From a virus: a DNA stretch of 64,000 bases. A model generated the notes under the pieces. It saw only the letters and a program-made list of their open reading frames with translations. It did no database searches and was not told where the DNA came from. Of this stretch, positions 35,983 to 45,512 are shown in pieces. Every line of letters begins with the position of its first letter. The stretch's first letter is position 1. The translations under genes were made by a program, and so were the position numbers. Location of the stretch: the IMG/VR virus record IMGVR_UViG_3300031566_000001, positions 64,001 through 128,000 of that record, one strand, 5' to 3'.

Positions 35983-38352
35983 ATGGTCAAGAAGCGATTG
36001 GCTCTTGCGGCTGCCCTGCTGCTGATACTTATGGTGGCAGGGGGTAGGGACATGGGCATTTGTGACATCAAGTATGAGCTGATAACGCCGGACGGTCAGA
36101 CGTTCAACTTCATGGGTCCAGGGAGGGCACCGGGATCTGCTGCATCCCTGCAAGCACATGAGGGCTTTGGGTTGCCGCCGGTGCGCCACGTTACCCAGGA
36201 CCTATACGATGTGCCGGGGAACCTCCTGGTGGACGTGGTGGTACAGGGCCGGATAATCACCATCACCGAGTCGGCCTACGCCACGGACGCCACGAGGAAG
36301 GGGTTGCACAAAGCCTTGGCGGCTATCTGGGACGCTGTGCGTTGGGACCGGGGGGCCACGAATACCACACCAAGCACCCTACGGTACACAGTGGACGGGA
36401 ATAGCTGGGACCTGAAGGTAGTGCTCTCAGGGGTTGTAGAGTCACCCCAGGGTCGATACGGGAAGAACGAGATCGTGGGCCTGCGTTTTGAGGCACATGA
36501 CCCGCTATGGTGGGACGACGAAGAGAGCAGCCTGACGTTGGACTGGACCGACGACTATTTGGTCCGGTTGGTCCTGAGCAACGTGGACGGCGTTTGGGAC
36601 AACATGGGACCGCCAGCGGCGATTGCCGCAGGTGCCGGCGGGTTTACCGTGGTCCGTGGAGTCCAAGTCTCGCCAGATCAACAGTATGTGTATTATGGCG
36701 GCGACTTTCAGACGTGGAACAACCTACCGGCGGGCAATCACGTTGTCCGGTGGAACATCGCAACGGAGACCTGGGAGCCGGTGGGCGGGGGCCTGAATAA
36801 TGCGGTGTGGGGCCTCTACTTTGGGCCTGATGGGACGCTGTACGCCGTTGGGGATTTTACCAACGGGTCCGGTGGCGTGGGCGATGGGGCTGCCGACTAC
36901 CTGGCGCGGTACGACCCGCTAACTGACACCTGGGTCAACGTGGGCGGCGGTCCTGGGGTCGGCGTTGTGACGCGTGTTGAGACCGTCCTAGTGGGCCACG
37001 ATGGGACCTTGTACGTCGGCGGCGATTATACCGACTGGCAAGGGATCGGCGCGGACTACATCGTCTCGTACACGGTGGCGGGCGGTTGGGCGACGTTGGG
37101 GGCCGCTGCGCTCGATGCCGAGGTACTCGCGTTGGTCAACCTGCCAAACGGCCACGTCGTCCTGGGCGGGACTTTCCGAAATATCGGCGCGGTCGCTTAT
37201 GAGCGCATCGCCGAATGGGACCCGGTGGCCGGGGCCTTTACTACCGTTGGGCCGGGCTTCTCGGGGCCGGTCTACGCGCTCACTGTCGGGCTAGACGGCA
37301 AGCTGTACGCGGGCGGCGTGTTCAACTGGGTTGGCTGGCCCGCCATGATCCTAGAAGTGTTCAATATCGCTGTTTGGAATGGGACGATATGGTCTAGCAT
37401 GGACGGCGGCTTTCCAGTCCTGGCCATCGCCGGGATGCAGCTAGTTACGCGGCCTGATGGAGACATCTACGCTCTAGGAGGCTTCCAGGACGCAAGCGGG
37501 TTGCCGTTGGCTGATTTCGTTGCCCGATGGAATGGGTTTACTTGGATACCGATTGACGTTGTGCTTCCAGTGCCGGCAGCTCTGCGGGGGCATCCTCATG
37601 TTGCGTTTACGGAATCGAATGATATGTACCTGACAACCGATGCGTTGGCCGTGACGGTCCCGGTTGGAGCTGACAACAGCGTGGTCAACCTGGGATCGGC
37701 TGCCACCTTGCCTGTTATCGAGGTCAAGAATCAAGGCGACGTCTCAATAATCCGCAGCGAGACCACCGGCGGCGAGCTGGCGTTCAAACCCATGCACCTA
37801 CAAGACGGCGAGATCGTCATTGTGGACCTGAGCACGGGCCGCAAAACGATCACGTCGAGCTGGCGGGGCAACCGCCTGGGAGACCTGTTGCCGCCAGGCG
37901 TCGGCGGGTTTGAGCTGGAGTCAAACCCCAGGGCGCAGTACGGCGGCGTGGACGGTGCCAACCTGATAACCGTGTTCATCACGGACGCGGACCCCAGGGA
38001 GCACAACGACGACAACAACCAGCTCTCCGGTTGGGCCAACGTCACCGGGATTGAGCAGACCAACACGGACCTGGGGCGGTTGTACGTGAGCATCGTTTTC
38101 GACGGCGTGGACTATCACGTCAATCTATACAGCGATGCGGCCAGGACTGAGCTTGTGGGCCATACGGCGGACTATGCCGCACCTGGGGCACAGGTGATCG
38201 TGGCCGACAACGATTCAGGCCTGGGGGGCAGTATCACCGTGGACGCCGTGGTCGCTGCGGACGATGACATCGAGGTCTACTTTACCATCGTCACGGCCAC
38301 CTGGTACAACCGGTGGTGGAGTCTGAGTGAGGCCGTTCTAGCGGCAGAATGA
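35983..38352 (+). CDS. Distal tail (Dit-like) protein with inserted beta-propeller (alternative start 36052)
   Basis: Follows the tape measure. GFGLPPV...FEAHDPLW and NLGSAATLPVIEV are Dit-like segments flanking LYVGGDF/ARWNG repeats. Confidence 0.75.
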   Translation: MVKKRLALAAALLLILMVAGGRDMGICDIKYELITPDGQTFNFMGPGRAPGSAASLQAHEGFGLPPVRHVTQDLYDVPGNLLVDVVVQGRIITITESAYATDATRKGLHKALAAIWDAVRWDRGATNTTPSTLRYTVDGNSWDLKVVLSGVVESPQGRYGKNEIVGLRFEAHDPLWWDDEESSLTLDWTDDYLVRLVLSNVDGVWDNMGPPAAIAAGAGGFTVVRGVQVSPDQQYVYYGGDFQTWNNLPAGNHVVRWNIATETWEPVGGGLNNAVWGLYFGPDGTLYAVGDFTNGSGGVGDGAADYLARYDPLTDTWVNVGGGPGVGVVTRVETVLVGHDGTLYVGGDYTDWQGIGADYIVSYTVAGGWATLGAAALDAEVLALVNLPNGHVVLGGTFRNIGAVAYERIAEWDPVAGAFTTVGPGFSGPVYALTVGLDGKLYAGGVFNWVGWPAMILEVFNIAVWNGTIWSSMDGGFPVLAIAGMQLVTRPDGDIYALGGFQDASGLPLADFVARWNGFTWIPIDVVLPVPAALRGHPHVAFTESNDMYLTTDALAVTVPVGADNSVVNLGSAATLPVIEVKNQGDVSIIRSETTGGELAFKPMHLQDGEIVIVDLSTGRKTITSSWRGNRLGDLLPPGVGGFELESNPRAQYGGVDGANLITVFITDADPREHNDDNNQLSGWANVTGIEQTNTDLGRLYVSIVFDGVDYHVNLYSDAARTELVGHTADYAAPGAQVIVADNDSGLGGSITVDAVVAADDDIEVYFTIVTATWYNRWWSLSEAVLAAE

Positions 38353-38364
38353 TTGTGAGGGGCT

Positions 38365-39477
38365 ATGCCCGCTGAGTACGAGGTACACCTGCTGGAGGCC
38401 GCAAGGGACAACCGTCTGGACATCATAGATGACTTCGCGGTCCTGTCTTATGCCCAGCGGGTCAATGAGATAGGTGCCTTTGGCCTGTCTGTGTGGGCGG
38501 ACAATTTCAACATCACTTTCGCACACCTGGACGGGCGCATCGTCGTCTGGCGCAAGCCAGAGGGAGGGCGGCGCTACATCGACTTTGCGGGCTTCATTCG
38601 GGGTGTGAAGCGCCAGTATAGGGATGGTAGGCAGCAGGTGATACTCTCCGGTACGGACTATAACGACCTCCTGCGTAGGCGCCGGGTGGCTTATGCGGCT
38701 ACTACCGCAGAGGCCAGGAAGGCGGACCAGGCCGACGATATGATGGTGGAGCTGGTGAACGAGAACCTGGGGGCTACCGCTGTCGCGGGCCGGGACCTCA
38801 CGGGGCTGGGGTTCTCCGTAGCGGCTTCACCCTCCGCGGGGACCATCGTGAGGGGCGACTTCGCCTACGAGAAGCTGCTGGACACGCTACAGGGCATTTC
38901 CGATGCCAGTCGGCAGACCCCAACGACACAAGCCTTCTTTGGTATTGTGCCCATCAACAGCGGGTGGGAGATGGAGTTTCGCACCAACGTGCCGCAGTGG
39001 GGCCAGGACCATAGCCACCCCAACGGAATACACGGACCGGTGGTGTTCTCACAGGAGTACGAAAACATGGCCAACCCGGAACTAGAGTGGGATAGGCACG
39101 ATGAGGTAACAGTGGTCTACGGCGGGGGGCGGGGAGAGGACCTGACTAGGCCTGTCATAGAGGTGGCGGACACGACCCGTGAGGGCGAGAGCCCACTGAA
39201 CCGCTGTGAGGGTTTCGAGTCCGTGGATGCGGCCACGACCCTGGAGCTTATTGACGGGGCCAACGCCAAGCTGGACGAGGGCCGGGGCAAGAGGCGGTTC
39301 ACCTTTGACGTGGTGGAGATTCCCAGCACGCTCTACGGTCTACATTGGGGGTTTGGAGATTTAGTGACCGCTGTTTATGGGGGCGAGCAGTGGGACCTGC
39401 ACGTGGCGGCGGTAGAGGTCACGGTGGAGGGCAAGATAGAGACCATCAAGCCGCGTTTTGAGGAGTTTGCAGGGTGA
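38365..39477 (+). CDS. Siphovirus minor tail/hub protein (Gp37-like)
   Basis: Follows Dit; VYGGGRGE and YGLHWGFGDLVT motifs. Confidence 0.75.
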   Translation: MPAEYEVHLLEAARDNRLDIIDDFAVLSYAQRVNEIGAFGLSVWADNFNITFAHLDGRIVVWRKPEGGRRYIDFAGFIRGVKRQYRDGRQQVILSGTDYNDLLRRRRVAYAATTAEARKADQADDMMVELVNENLGATAVAGRDLTGLGFSVAASPSAGTIVRGDFAYEKLLDTLQGISDASRQTPTTQAFFGIVPINSGWEMEFRTNVPQWGQDHSHPNGIHGPVVFSQEYENMANPELEWDRHDEVTVVYGGGRGEDLTRPVIEVADTTREGESPLNRCEGFESVDAATTLELIDGANAKLDEGRGKRRFTFDVVEIPSTLYGLHWGFGDLVTAVYGGEQWDLHVAAVEVTVEGKIETIKPRFEEFAG

Positions 39478-40157
39478 GTACTACCGTAGAGCAGCTCGTG
39501 GCGGGTGTTGCCACGTTGGAACAGGGCATCAGGGCGCTTGAGGTCCGGGAAAGGCCCCTGGCCTTGCGCGGCTGGCGGGACGACTTTCAGGGAGATGCCT
39601 TACACGAGCAGTACAGCACGCATGTAAATAATGGCACGGTGGGTTTCTCAGTGGGCGGGCAGCACGGCGGTGTCTTGGAGCTGTCCGTGAACGCGATAGC
39701 CGATTCCTGGGCCGATATGTTCCTGGGTACCAGGGCCGACAACTACCTCACCCTCGATGCCGATAGCGGTTGGACTATGATCTGGCGAATGAAAGTCAGT
39801 TCCGTAGCAGGCAACCTCCGTGCACGAGCTGGGGCGAGGGATGATGCAGCCAATAACTATATCGCCGCTGGCCTGTGGCAGGATTTTGGAAACAACTGGA
39901 TCGTGGTGAACCGCTCAGGGGGCGGTGTCGTCAACACGGCAGCCAGCTCCATCGCCGCGGACACTGACTGGCATGTGCATCGGATCGATGCTACCTCAGG
40001 GCGCGTTGATTACTTCCTGGATGGAGACCTTCTTGTAACAACCACCGTGAGTGTGCCAATCGCTGTACTCACACCATGGATAAGTACCTATGTTAATGCT
40101 GCTGTGGCTAGGATCGCCTACTATGACTACTGGAATACCATCCCAAGGAACTTGTGA
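39474..40157 (+). CDS. Putative receptor-binding protein, ConA-like lectin fold (paralog 1)
   Basis: Coiled-coil N-terminus, WRDDF, DTDWHVHRID, VDYFLDG. Confidence 0.6.
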   Translation: MSTTVEQLVAGVATLEQGIRALEVRERPLALRGWRDDFQGDALHEQYSTHVNNGTVGFSVGGQHGGVLELSVNAIADSWADMFLGTRADNYLTLDADSGWTMIWRMKVSSVAGNLRARAGARDDAANNYIAAGLWQDFGNNWIVVNRSGGGVVNTAASSIAADTDWHVHRIDATSGRVDYFLDGDLLVTTTVSVPIAVLTPWISTYVNAAVARIAYYDYWNTIPRNL

Positions 40158-40849
40158 TGATTAAACAGCTTGTAGCACGATTAGCTGCTGCGCAGAAGAA
40201 ACTAGATGCCTTAGAGACCAGGGAGCGTCCCCTGGCCCTGCGGGGTTGGAGAGATGACTTCTTGGGTGACAGCATCCAGGAGCAGTACACCGCTGTCTCT
40301 AACGGTGTGGGTAGCGGCGGGGCTTTGCAGAACAATGCACACGGTGGGGTCTATAAGCTGACTGCCGGGGCCGGGGCTGGCCGGTATCACTACCTCTGGC
40401 TGGGTAATGCGGCAGATGGGTACGCCACCCTAGACGCCGACTATGGCTGGAAGATGATAGCACGGATGGCAATAAGTCATACGACGACCTTCGATGGTCA
40501 ATTTGGTGTAGCTGATTCAGCATACAACAATTTTGTCTTGGCCGGGATAGGAACGACATTTCTAGCAGCCAACTGGGTGCTGATTACAAGGATCGGCGGC
40601 GGTGCGGTGAATGTTGTGGATACTGATATAGCCGCCGACACAGACCCCCACGTACACCGGTTAGGGGTCTGCCCCACGTTGGCAGGGCACCAAGCAGACT
40701 ACTTGCTCGATGGAACTCGAATCGCCACCACCACGGTGTCAGTGCCTATCGCGGTCTTGACCCCGATTGTGCGTGCTAGTGCAACCGCTGCATTCGCACG
40801 ATGGGATGACCTAGATTACTGGGTAGTAATACCGCAAAACCTAACGTAA
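40154..40849 (+). CDS. Putative receptor-binding protein (paralog 2)
   Basis: Shares RERPLALRGWRDDF, TLDAD.GW and TTTVSVPIAVLTP with paralog 1. Confidence 0.6.
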   Translation: MMIKQLVARLAAAQKKLDALETRERPLALRGWRDDFLGDSIQEQYTAVSNGVGSGGALQNNAHGGVYKLTAGAGAGRYHYLWLGNAADGYATLDADYGWKMIARMAISHTTTFDGQFGVADSAYNNFVLAGIGTTFLAANWVLITRIGGGAVNVVDTDIAADTDPHVHRLGVCPTLAGHQADYLLDGTRIATTTVSVPIAVLTPIVRASATAAFARWDDLDYWVVIPQNLT

Positions 40850-40879
40850 AGCTCGTAAGGCTTTTGGGGGAGGGATATC

Positions 40880-41344
40880 TTGAACGGTGAGGGCGTCAGG
40901 AAGAAGGCAGAGCTGTTTGATGAGGAGCAGTCAGTTGATACCGTCTCCAATGAGGACCTGCGCTGGATGCTGCTCTTCTCACGCAAGGACTTTCAGGGTG
41001 GCCTTGACGGTCTGAAGGGTTCCCTCGACCGATTGGAGAAGGACCACCAGGTCGTGTCCACGCGGGTTCAGGCTAATGCCCTAGCAGTGGGGCGTATCCA
41101 GCAGGCCCATGATGATTGCCCCCTGTCCGGTCAGGAGGGCAGAGACGGCTTCATGGTCAAGGTTACGAAGATCTGTTTGGAGGCGGCCAAGGCAGGGGTC
41201 AAGGAGGCCAACGGCAACAAGGCCGTGCTGGGGCCGCTGAGTAGGAATGAGGCTTTTCAGATCATGGGCTGGGTGATCACGATACTGGTGATAGCCCTGG
41301 TATTTTTGGCAACGAACGGGCAGATTCACATCCCAATCCCGTAA
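40880..41344 (+). CDS. Membrane protein (holin-like candidate)
   Basis: Coiled coil with a C-terminal TM helix, directly upstream of a hydrolase. Confidence 0.5.
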   Translation: MNGEGVRKKAELFDEEQSVDTVSNEDLRWMLLFSRKDFQGGLDGLKGSLDRLEKDHQVVSTRVQANALAVGRIQQAHDDCPLSGQEGRDGFMVKVTKICLEAAKAGVKEANGNKAVLGPLSRNEAFQIMGWVITILVIALVFLATNGQIHIPIP

Positions 41345-41355
41345 AGGAGGTACAG

Positions 41356-43086
41356 ATGTCTGTCTTGTGGCCCGTGCCTGTAGGGGACACCGGTATAGGT
41401 GTCCACTCCGACCCCAATGCCTACTACAAGCCCTCGGATTTCGAGGCCTACGCTGATGACCTGCTAGCCCACAAATCGCCTTGGTTCCTGCACTGGTTCT
41501 TTGACGAGGGTGCTGCCGACTTCATCGAGGCGATGCGCCGGAAGGGCATCGAGGTCATAGGTAGGCCTGGCCCTGCCAAGATGCCGAACCCTATGATCGA
41601 CGTCGCCCACCTGGACGCCTACATCGAGGCGGGTGTTAGGTGGTTCGTGATCATGAACGAATTGAACCTGCATGAGGAGTGGGTAGTCGATTGGAAACGC
41701 TTTGAGAAGCCTGTCCGTAAATGTGCCGACCAGTTCGTGCGCTACGCCGACATCATCCGGGGTAAGGGCGATCACCTGTGGGTGCTGACCCCGCCGCCTT
41801 CCTTGGGCGGACACATGAATCACAGGGAGTGGTTTACCCGGTTCATGTATGCTATGTGCAACATTGCGGCGGAACGCGGCCAGACGCTGCGGCAGCTCCT
41901 ATATCACTGCGGCATCGGGATACACTGCCGCTCGGTGGGCAACCCCTTGGAGGCCGGGCCGAGTTGGTATGATTGCAGCTCACGAGAGTGGGAGTGGTTC
42001 CGGGACACGCTCATTGCCATGCTGAGGGAGACCCGCGAGGAGTTCGAGGCCGACCCCATCCCCTTCATTAACACGGAGGCCTTAGACCAGCCTGACTGGC
42101 TACCCAGGCTGGGCGGCAACTATGACTGGGGCCTATGGGAACGGCGCAACCTGCGGCAAATGAGCTGGTTCAACCCCGACAATGAGGAGTACCGATACCC
42201 ATCATACGTTGTGGCCAACTGCTTCTGGGTCATCCACACTGACAGGTTTAGCCCCTGGCCGCAGTGCGGGCTATACGGCAACTACCCGCACTTCCTACAG
42301 CGGGGTGACTACACCACTAACCTGTGGCGGGCCATGCCCGCTCACATAAACTGGACGAGGAGGGACGACGTGGAACCAGGACCAACACCGGAAGTACCAG
42401 AGGTCAAGTTGAGGGTCTACGATTTCGAGGGCACGAAGCAGAGCCTAGAGTGGGTGCAGGGCAAGTACGGCGTGCAGCTGGAGCAGTGCAAGGGCAAGGG
42501 CTGGCACGTGTCGCAGATGAGGGAGCGCGTAAACGCTGCCGCGGGCATGGAGATGTTCTTCTACGACGACAACGGTGCAGTACAGGGGTTGCCGGTGGAG
42601 TTTCACTGGCCTGGCGGGTGCGACTGTGACAAGAAGACAGAGGTTGACGGCAAGGTAGGGTTTGCCTATAACGCCTGGATATGGGACCCTGCTGTTGGGG
42701 GGCCATACTGGATCGAAGTGCCTGAGCCGTCGGACTCCCTGGGGGGCCTGGGCATGCTGGCCATGACCAATCATGACCATCTCGATTTCGTGTGGAAGTT
42801 CGGGGTTTTGGAGGGCTCGGGGCCAGTGGATCCCTTAGAGGTCATCCTGCCCCTGGCGGAGGAGAAGTTACAAGCGATCCCGGTCCCGAACGACTGGGCA
42901 TACCCTGCCAAGGCCATTGAAAACGGCCACCCCATCCAGGTGGGCGGGTATGCGCAGGTGGAGATCGGTGGGGTGTTGTGGGGATACCAGACCTTCACCA
43001 ACGAGGCGCAGGACAGCTACGGGGTGGCCTATTCACCGGAGGGTCAGTACGACAAAACCGAGTTTGCGGTCATTGAGAGAGATTAA
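41356..43086 (+). CDS. Putative glycoside-hydrolase-type lysin with C-terminal accessory domains
   Basis: FVIMNELNL..EW and INTEA resemble clan GH-A acid/base and nucleophile motifs; Pro linker; located in the lysis region. Confidence 0.55.
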   Translation: MSVLWPVPVGDTGIGVHSDPNAYYKPSDFEAYADDLLAHKSPWFLHWFFDEGAADFIEAMRRKGIEVIGRPGPAKMPNPMIDVAHLDAYIEAGVRWFVIMNELNLHEEWVVDWKRFEKPVRKCADQFVRYADIIRGKGDHLWVLTPPPSLGGHMNHREWFTRFMYAMCNIAAERGQTLRQLLYHCGIGIHCRSVGNPLEAGPSWYDCSSREWEWFRDTLIAMLRETREEFEADPIPFINTEALDQPDWLPRLGGNYDWGLWERRNLRQMSWFNPDNEEYRYPSYVVANCFWVIHTDRFSPWPQCGLYGNYPHFLQRGDYTTNLWRAMPAHINWTRRDDVEPGPTPEVPEVKLRVYDFEGTKQSLEWVQGKYGVQLEQCKGKGWHVSQMRERVNAAAGMEMFFYDDNGAVQGLPVEFHWPGGCDCDKKTEVDGKVGFAYNAWIWDPAVGGPYWIEVPEPSDSLGGLGMLAMTNHDHLDFVWKFGVLEGSGPVDPLEVILPLAEEKLQAIPVPNDWAYPAKAIENGHPIQVGGYAQVEIGGVLWGYQTFTNEAQDSYGVAYSPEGQYDKTEFAVIERD

Positions 43087-43106
43087 CGCCTTATATTACT
43101 TACTAC

Positions 43107-43126
43107 CTTTAGAGATATCTCTAAAG
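43107..43126. repeat. Perfect 20-bp palindrome in an AT-rich spacer
   Basis: CTTTAGAGAT|ATCTCTAAAG. Confidence 0.85.
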
Positions 43127-43147
43127 TAAGTGTATAGTATATGGCGG

Positions 43148-43210
43148 ACTTTTCGCCAAGTTGATGGTTCGCAGTTCTTTTGCCAGCAAAACATCGCCCT
43201 GGTGTATAAT
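43148..43210 (+). promoter_or_regulatory. Bipartite element, copy 5 (degenerate first box), with promoter
   Basis: ACTTTTCGCCAAGT, 15 bp, CTTTTGCCAGCAAAAC (43177-43192); TTGCCA-N19-TATAAT (43205-43210). Confidence 0.7.
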
Positions 43211-43238
43211 GAGATAAACGGTTGTGTGAGGTTGATTC

Positions 43239-43430
43239 ATGGCCCGTTATTTCATAGCAGGGGATGAGCTTATTGTAGCAGTGGCGTGTAACGACAACGG
43301 CGCGCAGGTCCTTGAGTGCACGGGTTACGTTGAGTGCACGCAGGAGGAATATGAGCTGTTGCTGGAGTTGTTTCAGAAAAAGGGCATCGGTGATGCCTAT
43401 ATCGAGGTACGTGACATTCATGGAGACTGA
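43239..43430 (+). CDS. Hypothetical protein
   Basis: SD GAGGT. Confidence 0.55.
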   Translation: MARYFIAGDELIVAVACNDNGAQVLECTGYVECTQEEYELLLELFQKKGIGDAYIEVRDIHGD

Positions 43431-43433
43431 CCC

Positions 43434-43979
43434 ATGGGCGCTTTGATAGACATCCTGGGGGCGGGCGGCGTGCACCTTGTGGAGAAGCGGCACCTGCTGC
43501 CCGTGAACCCTAAGCAGCCCTGGCTCTACCGGGAGTTACATGATGTCAAGGGCGCTATTATTCATCATATCGCCGGGGTGGCGTGGGCTACCTCTGAGCG
43601 CATTCACAAGATGCACCAGGACTTTGGCTGGCCTGGCATGGCGTACACCTTCTACGTGCATTATGACTATGGGCAGCCGGGGCTGCCGGTGGTGACGGAC
43701 TTCGATCATCGGCTCCGCGATTGGGGTCCGCAGGCGGGCGCGGGACCGCATAGCGTGAACCCGGAGACCTTCGGGGTGGCCCTGGGCGGGAACTTCGTCC
43801 GGGTGGCACCTGCCCCGGAGATGATTGCGGAGCTGGTCAACCTGATGCACGGTTTGCAAGTGTTTTTCACGCGTGAGGTGGGGTATTCTCTGTTCATCAA
43901 ACCTCACTTTCAAGTCGGCAAGACGAAATGCCCGGGGTTGGCCTGGGACTCGTACCTCGCGGCCATAGGCTGCGCGTAG
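43434..43979 (+). CDS. N-acetylmuramoyl-L-alanine amidase endolysin (Amidase_2)
   Basis: IIHH.A, GW.GMAY.F, GVALGGNF and PH....TKCPG Zn ligands. Confidence 0.85.
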   Translation: MGALIDILGAGGVHLVEKRHLLPVNPKQPWLYRELHDVKGAIIHHIAGVAWATSERIHKMHQDFGWPGMAYTFYVHYDYGQPGLPVVTDFDHRLRDWGPQAGAGPHSVNPETFGVALGGNFVRVAPAPEMIAELVNLMHGLQVFFTREVGYSLFIKPHFQVGKTKCPGLAWDSYLAAIGCA

Positions 43980-43989
43980 GGAGGTAGAC

Positions 43990-44343
43990 ATGGGACTGGT
44001 AGAGCTGATTGTAGGGCTGCTCAGGAACCCGGCGGTGTTGGGCGCTATCGCTGTGGCATTGGTGTGGCTCCTGCGCAAGGTCAAGTGGTCTGTGGACGGC
44101 CCGAAGGCCATTTGGATGACGTATGTCGTGGCCCTGTGTATCGCCGTTGGGGAGAAGCTGCTCCTAGAGGGCTTCCCCGTCGTGGTCACCTGCGGCTTGG
44201 TGCCCACTGATCCGCCAACTTTCATCGTCTGCGTGTTTCAGATCATCGAGAATATCCTTGCTTGGTCTGGTGTGCTTTTCGTGGCGGCGACGGTGATATA
44301 CAAGGTCCTGCGCAGCAAGATGCTACTCGGTGAGCGCATCTGA
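43990..44343 (+). CDS. Holin (putative)
   Basis: Small protein with about 3 TM helices, directly after the amidase. Confidence 0.65.
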   Translation: MGLVELIVGLLRNPAVLGAIAVALVWLLRKVKWSVDGPKAIWMTYVVALCIAVGEKLLLEGFPVVVTCGLVPTDPPTFIVCVFQIIENILAWSGVLFVAATVIYKVLRSKMLLGERI

Positions 44344-44379
44344 CCTTGATGTGTGTTTTGGGGCAGGGTCGGCATCGGC

Positions 44380-44442
44380 CTTTTGCACAAAAGAGCGAGC
44401 CATCCGTTCTTTTGCCAGCAAAAGGTTGAGTCTAACTATACT
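44380..44442 (+). promoter_or_regulatory. Bipartite element, copy 6, with promoter of the glycan cluster
   Basis: CTTTTGCACAAAAG (44380-44393), 15 bp, CTTTTGCCAGCAAAAG (44409-44424); TTGCCA-N19-TATACT. Confidence 0.8.
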
Positions 44443-44498
44443 AGGGGTGGTATAGTCGGCACGGTCCTGCCCCCCTCAGCCGTTCCCGGAGGAGTGAG

Positions 44499-45503
44499 AT
44501 GTCTAGCTACTGGAAGGACCGCCGGGTTATCTGCACGGGGGGATCGGGCTTTCTCGGCTCTCACCTGGTCGATGCCCTGAGGCGCTTGGATTGCAAGCCG
44601 TTTGTCCCCCGCTCCGGCCAGTACGATTTGCGGAGTGAAGAGGGCGTTATCAATATGTTCAACGATGCCATGGCGCTGTGGGGCCAGGAGGGGTGCCAAA
44701 CCCTGTTTCACCTCGCGGCGCTGTGTGGTGGTATCGGGTTCAATCAGAAGTTCCCCGCTCGGTTGTGGCATGACAATTTGCTGATGGGCATCCATCTCAT
44801 CAACACGGCGGCATTTTGCGGGGTGGAGAAGTTTGTGGGTGTGGGTACGGTGTGCTCATACCCGAAGCATACCCCGACGCCGTTCAATGAACAGTCCTTG
44901 TGGGACGGTTACCCTGAGGAGACCAATGCTCCTTACGGCCTCGCCAAGAAGGCGCTCCTGGTTGGCCTGCAGGCGTATGGGCAAGAGAGGCAATTAGAGT
45001 GGACCTACGTCATGCCCACGAACCTCTACGGGCCGCGGGATCACTTCGGGGCGCGGTCCCACGTCATCCCGGCCCTGATTGACAAGTTTCTACACGCCAA
45101 AGGGGAGCCTACGGTGTCTGTGTGGGGCACGGGCACGCCCACGCGCGACTTTCTGTACGTCAAGGACTGCGCTGCGGCGCTGCTCCTGGCGGGGGAGTTG
45201 CTTTCGGGAGGTCCGTACAACATCGGCTCAGGACGCGAAATCAGCATCGAGGACCTGGCACGCCTCATAGCGGACGCAGTGGGCTTCCGGGGTCAAATCT
45301 GCTTTGATGCCTTCAAGCCCGACGGCCAGCCACGCCGGGTGCTCGATAGTTCCAAGTTTATGAAACTAACAGAGTGGTCCCCACAGGTGGGGTTCGAGCA
45401 GGGATTGACTCAGACGGTGCAGTGGTATAGAGATTTACAGCAGGACGGCAAGCCTGAGTTGACCGGTGTGCGTGCTGAATCCGGTGGGTCGCCGTCGGTA
45501 TAG
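44499..45503 (+). CDS. fcl: GDP-L-fucose synthase
   Basis: TGGSGFLG, HLAALCGGIG.N, GTVCSYPK, PEETNAPYGLAK, PTNLYGP, SHVIPALI, WGTGTPTRDFLYV, KPDGQPRR. Confidence 0.93.
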   Translation: MSSYWKDRRVICTGGSGFLGSHLVDALRRLDCKPFVPRSGQYDLRSEEGVINMFNDAMALWGQEGCQTLFHLAALCGGIGFNQKFPARLWHDNLLMGIHLINTAAFCGVEKFVGVGTVCSYPKHTPTPFNEQSLWDGYPEETNAPYGLAKKALLVGLQAYGQERQLEWTYVMPTNLYGPRDHFGARSHVIPALIDKFLHAKGEPTVSVWGTGTPTRDFLYVKDCAAALLLAGELLSGGPYNIGSGREISIEDLARLIADAVGFRGQICFDAFKPDGQPRRVLDSSKFMKLTEWSPQVGFEQGLTQTVQWYRDLQQDGKPELTGVRAESGGSPSV

Positions 45504-45512
45504 GGAGGGAAC

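Noticed and set aside
39474-40849. RBP paralogs as a DGR template/variable repeat pair
   Set aside because: Differences in the shared segment are mostly synonymous and at all bases rather than adenine-specific; both are full ORFs; no RT is present in the window.
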